Origin: a virus
Direction: 5' to 3' (one strand)
Length of the DNA: 47,480 nucleotides
Virus record (IMG/VR): IMGVR_UViG_3300033562_000305
The notes beneath the pieces are model-generated. The model saw only the letters and a program-made list of their open reading frames with translations, was not told where the DNA came from and made no database searches. Of this stretch, positions 8,462 to 21,100 are shown in pieces. The stretch's first letter is position 1. Each line of letters starts with the position of its first letter. The position numbers and the translations under genes were made by a program.

Positions 8462-9355
8462 ATGCCCGCAGTATCATCGCCGAGGTTTGACACGGTATAC
8501 GGAATAGCCGAGGCAGAAATCTGCAACAAGGCGCTCTCACGCCTGTCTGCCGATGTCATTAAGGACACGCTGGAGGACACGAAGCAGAGCCGGGCCTGCC
8601 GGGTCGCCTACTCTCAGACAAGGGACGAGCTTCTCCGCTCGTACCCGTTCAACTTCGCCATGCGCACCGCCTACGTCCCGCAGGACACCGCGTTCGCCTA
8701 CCCGATGGACGAGTACGAGTTCGCCTTCAAAGCCGAGGACCACCGCGCCTTCACCGGCACGACCGTGGCCGCAAGCCCGGTCATCGGCACCCTCGTCGGC
8801 CTCGTCGTGACTACCGGCCTCATAGGTCGCCATGTGCAGGGCGCTGGCATCCCGACCGACGCCCGGATCATATCGGTCGTAACCACGGTCGGAGCCGAGT
8901 CGATCACCCTCGACCGCCCGGCCACGGCGAGCGCCGCTGGCGTGGCCCTGTCGGTGCGTATCCCGATGCTCAAGCTCCTCGAAATCGCCCACAACGACGA
9001 GAACATCTTCGAGGTCATAGGCGGTGGAGCCGACCGCAGGATACTGTGTTCGATGTACTCGCCCGAGTCCGGCGCTGTATCCGAGCCGTATAACCTTGAA
9101 ATCAAGTACGTCGAGCAGATGATCGACCCGAGCAAGTTTGACTCGATGTTCGTCGATGCCCTCGCCCTGCGCATAGCCAGCAAGGTGGCCGTCACGCTCA
9201 CGACGAACGCCCAGCTCGCGTCCTTGATGCAACAGGAGTTTGCCGCCATCATGCAGTTGGCCCAGAACTCGTCGTCTCAGGAGCGGCAGGTCGATGCTCC
9301 CGAGCCGTTCTGGACCGACCGGCAGGACATCGTTCCCGTCCAGACAAGGCGGTAG
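8462..9355 (+). CDS. Virion structural protein, candidate head-tail adaptor or tail tubular A-like
   Basis: 297 aa with a GGAGG RBS. It is the first gene after the head module. The call rests on position only. Confidence 0.45.
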   Translation: MPAVSSPRFDTVYGIAEAEICNKALSRLSADVIKDTLEDTKQSRACRVAYSQTRDELLRSYPFNFAMRTAYVPQDTAFAYPMDEYEFAFKAEDHRAFTGTTVAASPVIGTLVGLVVTTGLIGRHVQGAGIPTDARIISVVTTVGAESITLDRPATASAAGVALSVRIPMLKLLEIAHNDENIFEVIGGGADRRILCSMYSPESGAVSEPYNLEIKYVEQMIDPSKFDSMFVDALALRIASKVAVTLTTNAQLASLMQQEFAAIMQLAQNSSSQERQVDAPEPFWTDRQDIVPVQTRR

Positions 9356-9358
9356 GCC

Positions 9359-12259
9359 GTGGGAACGATACGCCCGGTCATCACCGACTTCTCGGCTGGC
9401 GAGGTGTCGCCACGGCTGGCCGGGCGTACCGACTCGCCGATCTACACCCGGAGCGCCAAGGAGCTTACTAACTTCATCCCCGGCACCCTCGGTGGCATCT
9501 ATCGCCGTGGAGGCTTCCAGCACGTCATCGAAGCCCCGTATGTGAACGGAATATCAGGAGCGCGTGTAACCGGGAAGCTCCGTCTCATTCCGTGGAGCGT
9601 GAACGACACGCTCGACTTCCTCCTCGTCCTGTCGGACGGACGCATCGATATCCTCAATGTATCGACCGGGACCGAGCCGGGATACATCTACGGCACGAAC
9701 CTCGATGGTAGTAAAGATATAATCACCACCATAGGCGCCTATCCCTGTTACGCCGAAGAAATGACGCCTGCCGGTGAAGCGAAGATATACCCCATCGACG
9801 AGGTGAAGTACGCGCAGAGCATCCGGCAGGTATTCCTCGCACACAACCGCTACCCGCTCATGCAGATCAAGTTCATCTCTTTTGACCAGAGTACCCGCGA
9901 ACTAAAGCTCGAATACGGCTCTGTCGCTGTTACAGGAAATGTGGCATGGACCCCTGAATTGAAGGCTGATACAGTTGCGACAACAGACCCGTTCACCGCC
10001 GAGGCGTTCATCGGAATGTTCGGGTACAAGATGGTATCCGGTGTAACCAATGCCGCGACTGGCTTCGTGAACGGTAGGGAGATAGCTTCCATCGTCAAGA
10101 ATGTGACCGCGGCCACCAGACGCGCCACCATAAAACTTGAAGATATTGTCTCAATAGACCTCATAAACCAAACCATTACCGATGGAAGCTCGACACTGAT
10201 TCATGCTGGTGCGAATAAATCTAGTTTCATAGTCCGTATGTCGAAGGACTCTGGGCCGCTCTTCTCGATACCATACGGAGCTACATTCACGCAAGCTCTG
10301 GATATATTACAGGCAAACTTCTACATTATAGGGACATCGCCCATGTATTTTGGGCAGGATGGTTATGATTCCAACCCCGGGTGGTTGCTGGAATACCAGT
10401 ATGCCACCAAGGGTAGCATCAGCTTCGCCAAAACCGGATCATCCGAAAGCTACACGATCAACTTCAAGGACGCACAGAGCCCTCTTACTCTGACAAGTAC
10501 AACCACGGGGCTTACCGGATACGTTACCTGCCTCGGGCTTGTACTCAACAAGAACGTGACGCCGGGCGACAAGATGGCCGACCGGCTGTCACAGTGGATG
10601 ACGCCGGGCAAGGTGTACCCGTGCGACAAGGGCATGAAGATTTCCGGCCTCACCCCCGAGCGCGCCACGCGCTTTGACGGCAAGAAGCGGTATGGACCTC
10701 CTGACGCGAACGGATACACGCCTGTCATTAGCGATTCCGACTCGTACATTGAAGTCGAAGGAACCGATACCGAAGGAAAGTTTGCCACAAGGCAGATACG
10801 CCGTGGGGACGCAGGTGTCACAGGCCAGCTCGGTGTGATCCTCACCCCGTTCTGGAACCCCGGCGACAACCCCGGCTTCGTTGCGTTCCATCAGGGGCGG
10901 CTTGTTGTCGGAGGCTCGCACGGCGAGCCAAATGTCCTGTATATGTCCGAAGTCAACGTGTTCACGAGCTTCAAATACTTCGAGGAAGTCCTTTTCGAGT
11001 CAACTACCTTCACCGGCTACAGCGACGATAACGTGGCCCAGTACACGACCCGGCAGGACATCATTCAGCAGGTCGGGGCCGCAAGCGCCATCCGCCTCCA
11101 GCTTGCCACCGAGGAGAATGAGCAGATCGAGTGGGCCACGAGCGTCGCCGACCTCGTGATCGGCACAGCAACCTCCGAGTGGGTGATTCCTGCTGGGGTG
11201 ACAGCGCTCGATGCCCGCGTGATCCTCACGAGTCGGGCCGGATCGAAGGGTATTCAGGGCCGGTTCGTCAACGGATCGGTGATCTTCGTATCGCGCTCCG
11301 GCAGGAAGGTGTCTGCGTTCACCGCCGGGCAGGAGAACACGCAGGATATCACCGCGCACGCCGACCACATCGCCAAGCCGGTCGTCACCGGATTCGATTT
11401 CCGCCAAGACCCTCGTCAGGAACTATATGCAGTTCTGGCCGACGGCACTATGCTCTGCGGCCAGATACTCTCCGACATTGTGAGCTGGTCAAGGATCAAG
11501 ACAAGGACCGGAGACAAGATCAAGAGCGTCGCCTGCCTTGCCTCGTGGGACGAGGACGCCGTGTACTGTGCTGTCGAGCGCACCATCGGCGGAGTCACGG
11601 CAAGCTACATTGAACGCCTGTACCCAGCCGACGAGGACAGCTTCTTAGGGAGGCTCTACCTCGACTCCTCGGTGTCGAAGCAGGCCGACGGCACTGGCGT
11701 CATCACTGGCCTCGCCCGGTACAGCGCGTACCCGGTTGCTCCGACCGGACTCAAGATCATTGTCAACACCGGGACGACCGGATACTCGAATACGGGAACC
11801 CCTGTAGTGGACGCGGCTGGATCGTGTTCCAGCTACATCCCCGATGATCAGGGCATCTTGGTGACGCCGGTCGCTATCCCGATCCCGGCAGGTTCGCTTG
11901 CCCATATCGGCTTTGTCTACACAAGCCGGGTCGAGAGCTTCCGCATCGACGCCGCCGACACTGAGGGCTTGGACAAGAGCGCGGGTTTCCTGTACCTGCG
12001 GTTGTACAAGTCGGGAGACCTCCATATACTGCGGTATACCGACGTTGGGGTTCTTGACGTAGACGTGAGGGCCACGACGCCAACTGCGGCTACTGTCGAT
12101 GGAACCATATACAGGATATACCCGTATTCGGGAACCTTGAAGCTCGACCACCTTGGGCCAAGTCGGCCTGACCAGACGGTGATAATCGAGGCGCAGGGAG
12201 CAGAACCGGCTGGCATCCAGAGCATAGCCCCGGCTTACTCCGTCTCGTCACTCGAATAG
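9359..12259 (+). CDS. Large tail structural protein, candidate nozzle or tail tubular B-like
   Basis: 966 aa with a GTG start. The N-terminus FSAGEVSPRLAGRTD...LTNFIPGTLGGIYRRGGF resembles the N-terminal pattern of podovirus nozzle proteins, recalled from memory. Confidence 0.5.
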   Translation: MGTIRPVITDFSAGEVSPRLAGRTDSPIYTRSAKELTNFIPGTLGGIYRRGGFQHVIEAPYVNGISGARVTGKLRLIPWSVNDTLDFLLVLSDGRIDILNVSTGTEPGYIYGTNLDGSKDIITTIGAYPCYAEEMTPAGEAKIYPIDEVKYAQSIRQVFLAHNRYPLMQIKFISFDQSTRELKLEYGSVAVTGNVAWTPELKADTVATTDPFTAEAFIGMFGYKMVSGVTNAATGFVNGREIASIVKNVTAATRRATIKLEDIVSIDLINQTITDGSSTLIHAGANKSSFIVRMSKDSGPLFSIPYGATFTQALDILQANFYIIGTSPMYFGQDGYDSNPGWLLEYQYATKGSISFAKTGSSESYTINFKDAQSPLTLTSTTTGLTGYVTCLGLVLNKNVTPGDKMADRLSQWMTPGKVYPCDKGMKISGLTPERATRFDGKKRYGPPDANGYTPVISDSDSYIEVEGTDTEGKFATRQIRRGDAGVTGQLGVILTPFWNPGDNPGFVAFHQGRLVVGGSHGEPNVLYMSEVNVFTSFKYFEEVLFESTTFTGYSDDNVAQYTTRQDIIQQVGAASAIRLQLATEENEQIEWATSVADLVIGTATSEWVIPAGVTALDARVILTSRAGSKGIQGRFVNGSVIFVSRSGRKVSAFTAGQENTQDITAHADHIAKPVVTGFDFRQDPRQELYAVLADGTMLCGQILSDIVSWSRIKTRTGDKIKSVACLASWDEDAVYCAVERTIGGVTASYIERLYPADEDSFLGRLYLDSSVSKQADGTGVITGLARYSAYPVAPTGLKIIVNTGTTGYSNTGTPVVDAAGSCSSYIPDDQGILVTPVAIPIPAGSLAHIGFVYTSRVESFRIDAADTEGLDKSAGFLYLRLYKSGDLHILRYTDVGVLDVDVRATTPTAATVDGTIYRIYPYSGTLKLDHLGPSRPDQTVIIEAQGAEPAGIQSIAPAYSVSSLE

Positions 12260-12278
12260 CACAGGAAGGGGCTGGCCC

Positions 12279-13172
12279 ATGTTTTTTGAACTACTGACAG
12301 CCGCCGTCGGGGCGGGATATGGCGTATATCAGGCTGGCGAGCGCGAGCGGCAGACCGCACGTGAGGCGTTCCGTGCCGACCTCATGTACCAGTCCACCAA
12401 GAAACGTGCGCAGGCCGAAGAGGCCATGCTCCAGAATCGGATCACTATTGGAGCCATGGACAACACGGCCAACAACAAGGCGTCCGCCATATCGGAGTAC
12501 CAGAACCGCTCGATGCAGGTCGCGCAGGCTGGGGTCTCTGGGGCCAGTTCCGGCACCCCGTTCTACCGTATCGACGCCGACGCCATCCAGAACCGCAAGA
12601 TCATGGCGGACATGGAGACCAAGGGCAGGCTCGGCCTCGAAGGCATGGGCGACCAGCTCGAATCAGCCAAACTCGCCAACACCGCGCAGATCAGCGCCGC
12701 CTTCGACCAGTATCAGGACACCGCCGAGTCTGCGGCCTACGCGGCATCCCCGTTCGCCTACATTATGGGCGGATTGACAGGCGCGCTGTCGGGGGCTTCG
12801 ATGGGAGCCGACATCAGCTCGCTCACCAAAGGAGTGTTCCACGGAACCGTCGACGAGCTGGTCGGCGGGGCGGCTGGCAAGATATCAAGCCTGTTCCCGT
12901 CGGCTCAGGAGGCATCGATCAGCGCGGCGGCGGCTTCGGTGGCTTCCCAGCGTTCTGGCGGTATGTACTTAGACCCGAAGCCCAGTTCATGGCCCGTAGG
13001 GACGGAATACAACAAGGTGATAAAAAAGCCGTTCTCGCTCGCCGCCCTGTTTCCGTCGGCCATGGGCTATCAGGCATTGAACCCGGCCCCTTCCAGATAT
13101 GGACAGGGCAACATGTTTGGCGGATCGCCAGACCCGGCATCCAGAGGATCGACCTTCCAAGGAGGATGGTAA
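12279..13172 (+). CDS. Internal virion or ejection protein (candidate)
   Basis: 297 aa with a hydrophobic N-terminus (MFFELLTAAVGAGYGVY) and G/A/S-rich composition. It lies between the nozzle candidate and the giant protein. Confidence 0.5.
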   Translation: MFFELLTAAVGAGYGVYQAGERERQTAREAFRADLMYQSTKKRAQAEEAMLQNRITIGAMDNTANNKASAISEYQNRSMQVAQAGVSGASSGTPFYRIDADAIQNRKIMADMETKGRLGLEGMGDQLESAKLANTAQISAAFDQYQDTAESAAYAASPFAYIMGGLTGALSGASMGADISSLTKGVFHGTVDELVGGAAGKISSLFPSAQEASISAAAASVASQRSGGMYLDPKPSSWPVGTEYNKVIKKPFSLAALFPSAMGYQALNPAPSRYGQGNMFGGSPDPASRGSTFQGGW

Positions 13173-15164
13173 ATGGCGGACGCAATCAGCGACATCACAA
13201 CCCTCGCCGGGGCGTTCGGCAGTTTTACGAAAAGCCTTGCCACCCTACACGAGACGAAAGTCCGCGTCGAACAGGGCTTGATTCAGGCCCAGATCGAAAA
13301 AGCCAACAACGACTTCCTCCAGCGCTTCAACCTTGCCTACGGGGACCAGAATCGACTCACAAGCGAGAACTACATGGCCGCGCTCGACGAGCATGGCAAA
13401 GCGCTCGATGAGTACCTCGGCACCGTCCGGGGCGGCAAGGCCGTTGAATCGGCGGTCAGCGCCAACCTCATGCCGGTCACTGAGGGCTTCATCACCGCCG
13501 TCGGCAACAAGATGATAACGGTCTACCGCGAAGAGACGCAGGCCAAGCGACTGGCGACTGGCGACGCCATATCGAACGGCGGCGGTACTAGGCGCGAGAT
13601 AGCCGACAAGCTCAGGGCGTGGAACTCCGAGAATGTTTCCATGGGGTACTTCGATCCAGAGAAACAGGCCGAAATCGACAAGTCGGTACGGGTTCAGGTT
13701 GCCATGGCAGACGCCGATGACCTCATAACTACTTACAAGACCCCTGCTTTCGCCGCTGACCATATCCCCGAAGGTCTCGATAAGCTCGAAATGACAGCCA
13801 TGACCAAGTACATAAAAGACAGACAGGATGGCATTGACGCGCAGTTCGGCTCGCAGTTCGATGCCAGCTATGTCGAAAAAGCCAAGGCAGAGGTGCTGGA
13901 GGAAGGCGACTCCGCCGAATGGGCAGAAGCTACCCGCGAAGCATACAAGGCTGGCAGGATATCGAAAGCAGAATACGACAAGACTATTTCAAAGATAGTG
14001 ATATACGGCAGGAAAGCGATGGGATCAGACATAGTGTCATTTGGCAACAGCATGTTCGATGTCCTTGGGGCTGGCCCGTGGAGCAGGGCTGATGCCAATA
14101 ATGCCATCGCAGAACTAATGAGGCGATTTGGAAAGGTATCCTCCGGTTCGACAGAGTTACAGACCAAGCTAAAAGAAACCATCTCAAGATTCAACGCCGC
14201 CGCCCCGTCAGAGGAGGGCGATAGGACCGAAGAGAGAAACAGGATAATGAGCGAGTTCTACCTCAGACAGGACGCCACAAGCTCTTCCTCGTCAGGCTAT
14301 ACCGAGGCCGGACTCCTGAGCTACCTCAACGCTCAGGTTAGGGCGCGCCCCGAGCTTGGCCTTGCGTCATGGGCCGATACCGAACGTACCAAGTTGCACG
14401 AGAAACTGGGAATAACTTCCGGGCCGCTTGATTCGAGCGAGCAATTACAATGGGCTCGTGGCGCAATCGTTGATCCTGCCGTGGTCCTTGGACCTAAAAA
14501 AGACATAGACGCCTACTTCGATGGTAAAAGCAAGCAGGATAGGCTTGTTCAGGCCAAGATGGATGCAATCATGTTCGACACCGAAACGGCATACTATATG
14601 TGGCTGAACAAGAAGCCGTCGGCTTCTCAGAGCGAAAAAAGGACCATGTTCCAAGAACTGTTCAAGACTGCGGCAACAGCTTACCAGTTTGCTGTCGAAC
14701 CAATAAAGAAAAACTTGTGGGGTACCCAGAGTAGTAATGCCTTGTTTCAGGGCATGGTGGACAAGGGTGTGTTTGCTCAGTTCAATACTGAAAATCTCTT
14801 TGGAAACTCCGAGACCGCAACCTCTCTCGCGGCGGCAATCCAGTCGAACCAAAACGAATACAGCAGGATGTTCGATGAAGCCAAGAGTAGCGGATATATC
14901 GACAAAAACGTGAAACTTGTGCCGAAGGTATTTAGCGGGGACACATATATTTTCAGCGACGATGGCAGGTTCGTGTACGACCAGACGACGGAGGGTACAC
15001 AGCTTGTCATAAAGTGGGCCAGAGCAGACAGGATCGTAGGTTCACTCACCAAGGCCGTCCTTGATTCATTGGTGTGGGAGAAAGTGCAAACCAAGGCGGC
15101 ATCGAGTGAAGCCCCTGGCAGGGTCGACGTACAAGAGCCTTATGAAACAGGAATTAAGAAATGA
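13173..15164 (+). CDS. Internal virion or ejection protein (candidate)
   Basis: 663 aa. Its start abuts the upstream stop, and its own stop overlaps the next start (ATGA). Confidence 0.5.
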   Translation: MADAISDITTLAGAFGSFTKSLATLHETKVRVEQGLIQAQIEKANNDFLQRFNLAYGDQNRLTSENYMAALDEHGKALDEYLGTVRGGKAVESAVSANLMPVTEGFITAVGNKMITVYREETQAKRLATGDAISNGGGTRREIADKLRAWNSENVSMGYFDPEKQAEIDKSVRVQVAMADADDLITTYKTPAFAADHIPEGLDKLEMTAMTKYIKDRQDGIDAQFGSQFDASYVEKAKAEVLEEGDSAEWAEATREAYKAGRISKAEYDKTISKIVIYGRKAMGSDIVSFGNSMFDVLGAGPWSRADANNAIAELMRRFGKVSSGSTELQTKLKETISRFNAAAPSEEGDRTEERNRIMSEFYLRQDATSSSSSGYTEAGLLSYLNAQVRARPELGLASWADTERTKLHEKLGITSGPLDSSEQLQWARGAIVDPAVVLGPKKDIDAYFDGKSKQDRLVQAKMDAIMFDTETAYYMWLNKKPSASQSEKRTMFQELFKTAATAYQFAVEPIKKNLWGTQSSNALFQGMVDKGVFAQFNTENLFGNSETATSLAAAIQSNQNEYSRMFDEAKSSGYIDKNVKLVPKVFSGDTYIFSDDGRFVYDQTTEGTQLVIKWARADRIVGSLTKAVLDSLVWEKVQTKAASSEAPGRVDVQEPYETGIKK

Positions 15165-18100
15165 GCGACTTATTCGACGCCCTGAATACCGCAAGGCAGA
15201 CGGAGACGCAGTTTTCTCCGATTGCTGACGATGGGAGAATGGACATAGGCGGAGTCAAGATTGACCTGAAATCCGCTGAACACATAATCGTTTCAGCTCT
15301 TGAGGACGAGGAAGAGCGCAACTTCAAGGCCCGTATAGCCGAGAGTGCAGAGCTTGATCCGGCCATCGACGTGTCGCAGGCGTATGCCCGGTGGGACACC
15401 GCCAAAGCGTACGCGAAGATGTATAACGTGCCTCGCTCGGAGGCGTTCGCCAACCTTGAGCGGTACGACTCTGACTTCTTTGGCCGCACGCCAGACTATA
15501 AAACCGCTCCAAAAGCGATCCTCGACGCCGGTCTCGCGCAGGTCGAGTCAATGAAGATCGGCAAGCTCTACACCGAGCTTATGCTGGCAGAGGGGTTGAA
15601 CGGTCTCATTCCGGGAGAAGGCCAAGTATTCTCCGGCCCCACCGCCGAACGTGCCGCCGAGATAGAAGCGGAAATAGAAGCCATCAAAGAGAAGATGTCC
15701 GGGTACTCAAGCGACATCATCCCACGCGGAGCCCTCGTCTCGCTCGCCAAAAAGATATCATCTGCTACCCCGTACACGGTCAGCATCCTTGGAACCACGG
15801 CGGCGGCAGGCGCGGCTGTCACGGCGGCTGGGGCTACGTTTGGGCTCAGTTCTGGCCTCGCTATGGCGACGATAAAGTCATCCATCGTATCCCTTGTCGG
15901 CTTCACGGCTGGTTTCCGCATAATGGTCGGCCTTGAGTACGGAGAGATGATCGACCGTGGCATCGACCCGAAGGAAGCCGCCAAGTGGGCCACCCTGTCT
16001 GGAGCCGGACAGGCGGCTATCGAGCAGTTCCTCGGTATCGAAGGCGCCATCTCTGGCAAGATGTCGAAAGGCGTCATCGGGCGAGTTACCGAGCGGTTCA
16101 TCGAGAAGCTCCATGTATCGGGAGCCCTGACGACAGCGGCGAAGATATACGGAGCCCGCGTCGCGTTCAGCGCCATCGGCGAGGCTGGAGAAGAGGGCGG
16201 AGGAGCCTTGCTGTCCGGCATAGCCACACTCATGGCTCAATCGGCGACCGAAGAAGGGCTCGTCATCGATCCTATCAGGGCGAGTACCATAGCCAAGAAC
16301 ATCGCCACCTCGATGATAGAAGCGGCTATCACCGCTCCGTTCCTCGGTCTTGCTCCAGATATCTTGATGACGATTTCCGATACCAAGAAGCTGTCGAAAC
16401 TTGCAGGCATGGCCCCTGTCCTCCCGAAGGAAGAGTTTATCGACTATGGCATGGAGTCTGGCGCACTCGACGGCGTAGAACTCCCCGATGATAAGAAGCG
16501 GGCGGCTCTTGGAACGCTGTACGACCACCAGACCAAGACCGCCGAGGAGCAGGCGCTCGCCGGGGCCGAGGCCACGCGCAAGGCGGCGACCGAGGGCGCG
16601 AAGCCCGAGTCTGTAGTCCGCCGCGATGACGGCACCCTGCGCGTCGATGCCGAGGATTCCGGTATCACATCGGACGGCACCCAGTCGGTGACGTTCACGG
16701 CAGGCGCGGCTCGCGGCAAGGGCGACGTGTACGGTTCCATGTCCGCCAAGGTCACGGAAGATACCGTCACCCTCACCGACAGCGACATCGATGCCGAGCA
16801 TCTTCCCCTCGCCGGTGAAGTCATCGGGCAGATAGCCGCACGGTACCCCGGACGGCAGATACTCATTGGCGAAAAGGCCGACGAGGGCATAAAGGCCGCG
16901 TATGAGCAGTTCGTCAGGGAGCGCACCGACAATCCGTTTGTCGAGTCCGATACGCGCGATCCCGAAGTTGCGACCCTCCTTGAACAGCACCGCTCCAAGC
17001 TCCTTGCCGATGGCGTTGATCGCAAGGCCGTGAGCGTAGCGGTGGCCATGTTTGACATCATGTCGCAGGCCGGAGCCAACCGGACAGGGAAGAGCCAAGC
17101 CGAGTTCCTCCGCTCATTCGATGTAGCCGGAAACTACGTCGATGGGACTTTCCCCCCAGATACGAAGGTCGGCGGGTACCTGAGCAAGTATAAATTGGCA
17201 AGCCTCGATGCCTCGTCAACCAAGTTCGCCAAAGCCATCATAGCCATATTCTCGAAGTCGGACCCTGTGTATCAGGTAGAGACCGCCTCTCACGAGCCGG
17301 TTCACCTGTTCCGCTCATGGATGAGCGACAACGCCCGCGACGGCATCTTCTCGGAGTTCGAGAAGGAGTACGGCGTTGTCGACGGAAAATGGACAGAAGA
17401 GGCCGACGAGCTGTTCGTCGAGGATTGGACCCGCTGGCTTAGGGAAAAGCAGGCCGTTACGGGAGCGAAGAGTACAATCTTCGAGCGCCTGTCCCGCCTC
17501 CTCCGCGCCCTATACACGTCGATGACCGGGTATGCTCCGCTCCCTCCCAAGCTCCGCGCCGAGTTCGACTCGCTCATGGAGGGCGTATCGGTCGAAGTGG
17601 CCAAGAAAGGCTGGAACACCGACGAGCGGGCGAGCGCTCCGTACATCACGCGAGGCGAGCGCGGTGAGCATCCGGTAACGCAGAAGTATCGTGAAGCGGA
17701 GAAGGCCCGCTACGACGTTTCCCAGAAGATCATTGCCGATGCCGCCAAGGCCCAAGGCGAGGCTGACTTCAAGGCCACCGAGGAAGCCCTCAAAGAAGCC
17801 GCCGCCCAGTACAAGGACGACTTGCAGGTCGAGCTTGAAGCCGCGGTCCAGCCGCCAGCGTCCGTCCTCACCGCCCCCTTGACCGAGGACGGGGAACACT
17901 TCGCCGAGACGCCCGAGGCTGAAAAGACCACGAGCGCCCTCAACAAAGAGCGGTTCGAGACGGTCGAGTACGATCTAGCGAGGATAGAACACGATCCCGA
18001 GCTTAAAAACTTCAAGAGGATGGCGAACAAAAAAACCGGCGTCGTTATCCCCATCCACAGCGACAAATACGAGCGCATGGGTACCGCCCCCATCGTGATA

Positions 18101-21100
18101 TGGGAGCGGCTCGACGGGCGCACGGTCATAGTGACTGGACGGCACCGGCTCGACCTCGCCAAGCGCCTCGGGGAACAGACCATACCGTCTCAGATAGTCA
18201 CGGAGGCCGAGGGCTTCACGCTGGCTATGGCAAAGGCGTTCGACGCCGAGTCGAACATCCGCGACGAACAGGGGAGCGTAGAAGATTATGTCACATACTT
18301 CAGATTCTCAGGCATCTCGGAATCAGACGCAAGAGCTAAGGGACTACTGGGCCGCACCAAAGGATCAGCAGGGTTCGCTATCGCAAATTATGCGTCGGAA
18401 GGGCTTTACTCACTCTACATGGCCGGTGACATCACCGAAACAAGAGCCGCAGTCATAGCCACTGTGGGGCGCGGCAAGCCGTGGCTCCAAGCCGAAGGCA
18501 TCAAGGTAGCTAAAAACAAGAATATGTCCATCGACTCGCTGGCTTCGTATCTGGAAGTCGCAGGGATGGAAACATCCGGCGGCATGGGCGACGTGGATGG
18601 CGGCTTTGGTGAGGATGACTGGTTCAAGAACGACGCCGATGCGATAGCCCAGCAGAAGCGGTGGCTGTCCATGGGCGAGGCTGTCGCAAACCGTATGGCT
18701 GAACTGAGGAACGAAGAACGCCTGCTCAATGCTGGCATAAAAAGCGGAGGAGCCTCTGCCAAGGAATATCTTGAGAAGTACGGCAGTCGCTCCGGCGATA
18801 TCGAGAGCATGAAGAAGCGGTACGAGGAACTGTACTTCGAGCTGAAGGGCTGGGAGTCCGGTTGGACACAGAACCCCTACCGCGTGAACGAGGCAAAGAA
18901 GCTCGCAGGATTAAAGTACGACGAGACCCTTGTCGAGCCCGACTTGCGTGTGCGGGACCGCGACAAGGAAGAGCGCGGCCAAGAGATGCTCTTCAACATC
19001 TCTGAGCGCTCCGCCATCGAGGCTCGGCAGGCGCAGATCGAGGATGGCACATGGGTCGCCAACCCCCAACTCGTCGCCGAGATCAAGGTGAGTAAGGGCA
19101 TCGAGCTGTCGCAGTACGAGAGCGACCTCCTCTCGGTGGCAGAGCAGTATTCCGAGAGCAACGGGAAACCCGACCTCCTCTTCAATATCTCCGGCGACAA
19201 TACTGGCGAGAAGCGGGCATACGCCGACCAGTTTGCCGAGGCCCGCAACTACGCGAGCTTCGAGTCATGGCTCGACGCCATGTTCGCCTCGAAAGAAGCC
19301 CTGACCGAGAACGACCGCGAATGGCTCCGCGCCCGGTACGAGAACGCCCAGTCAACGCTCAACAAGCCGCGCAAGTACGCAAAGTCAGGCGACTTTGCCA
19401 AGGCCATGTCCACCCGAGGCGGTGTCGCCAGCTTCGTGTCCCAGCTTGAGCGCGCCATCTACGGTCGCGGCAGGTACGAGAGCGACGTGACCAAGGCGCG
19501 GGCGAAGAAGATCGAGTCAGCCATCAGCCGCACGCCGGAACTCAAGCGCCTCGTTGGCGAACTGCACACTGAAGGCAAGGTTCCGTCGCCCCAGTCGGCC
19601 CGCCAGCTTCTCCGCGATATGAAGGAGTACGAGGCGCTCTACAAGTACCTGTACGCCGTCCTCCAGACGGACGAGGTTCTGGCTCACGAGGCGCTCGACG
19701 ACATGAAGGAAGTCCCCGAGCTTATCAAGCGGGAACTGACCGGCAACGCCGCGCGCACCATAGCGGAACAGCAGTACATCATTGATGCCCTGCGCTTCGA
19801 TCAGAAGTACGACAGGATCGCGTCGGGAGAGGCGACCCTTTCCGACATCGACGCCTTCATCGAGGACGTTAAGGCGTTCAAGGACGAGGAGATGGAGGAG
19901 TTCGCCGACAGCGCCAAGGCCGAGGCCAAGCTCGCCATGGACCGGCAAAAGGATAAGGAGCGAGCGCGCGACGCCCTCCGCAAGCTCCGCTCCGAGATGG
20001 CTCGCCTGCGGAAGTTCATCTTCACTGAGCCGTCGGCCCGGATCGACCTCGAACAAGCCTCGGTCATCCGGTACATACAACAGTACCTCCGGGCCGGTAA
20101 ACCCGTAGACCCCAAGAGCCTCCGCATGGCCGGTTCGTACATTTTCACGTCGATGCCAGGCCTCGCCGAGGTCATAGCCCAGAGCGTCGATAGCGTGAGC
20201 GGCAAGGACTTTTCACAGTGGAGCATGGACGAGGTGCGCAGTATTGCCTCCATCATGGCAGACCTCGCCGACCTCGGGCGCGAAGCCCTGCGAGGAAAGG
20301 AGCTTGAGTTCGGGTACAACGCCAAGAGCAAGCGCGGCCTCATAAACAGCGCCATGCGGAACAGCAAGTACCACCTTCCTCCCGTGATGAAGGATAGCGA
20401 AGAGGACATCGAGCGCCGCGGAAAGAACCGCCTGCGCAAGGCTCTGTTCGATGCCGACCGCCCCGACGCATGGATCAAGAAGTACCTCGGCAAGGACGCC
20501 TACGACCTCCTCTTCTCGAACACCGTCGATGCCCACAGGCTCAAGTACGAGAACTATGACCGCAGGATCAATCCGGTCGTGGACTACATCGACAAGCACG
20601 ACATGGTAAAAAGCGGCTCTATGTTCCGCAAGATTTTCGCCAGAGGTATCGGGCCGGAAGGGACCGACGCCACCATCACGGGCGCAGAACTGCTGGGCAT
20701 CAGGCTCCTGTACGGTGACTACCATGGGGGGAACGACTACAACACGGAACAGCGCGAGGCGTTCATCTACGGCAACCTCTTCTCGGCGGACGAGAAGAAC
20801 GTGGACGGCAACCTGACGCAGGAACGAGAACTGGCCACGAACCAGAAGATGCGCGACGCCTACAAGGAGAAGTGTGAAAAGGTTGAAGCCCTCCTCAAGG
20901 CCAACCTGAGCGCCGAAGAGGAAGAGCTTGCCCGGCTCATGGTCGGCGTGTCAGACAACGATCAGGACTGGGGCCGCTTCGCCAAGGCCATCTATATGCT
21001 CACAAACAAGGAGCCGTCGAAGAACCGATTCTACTTCCCCATTTTCCGCTCGGGCGTGTTCGGGAAGGGCGAGGACGACATCATCGACTCCCTCGCCGCC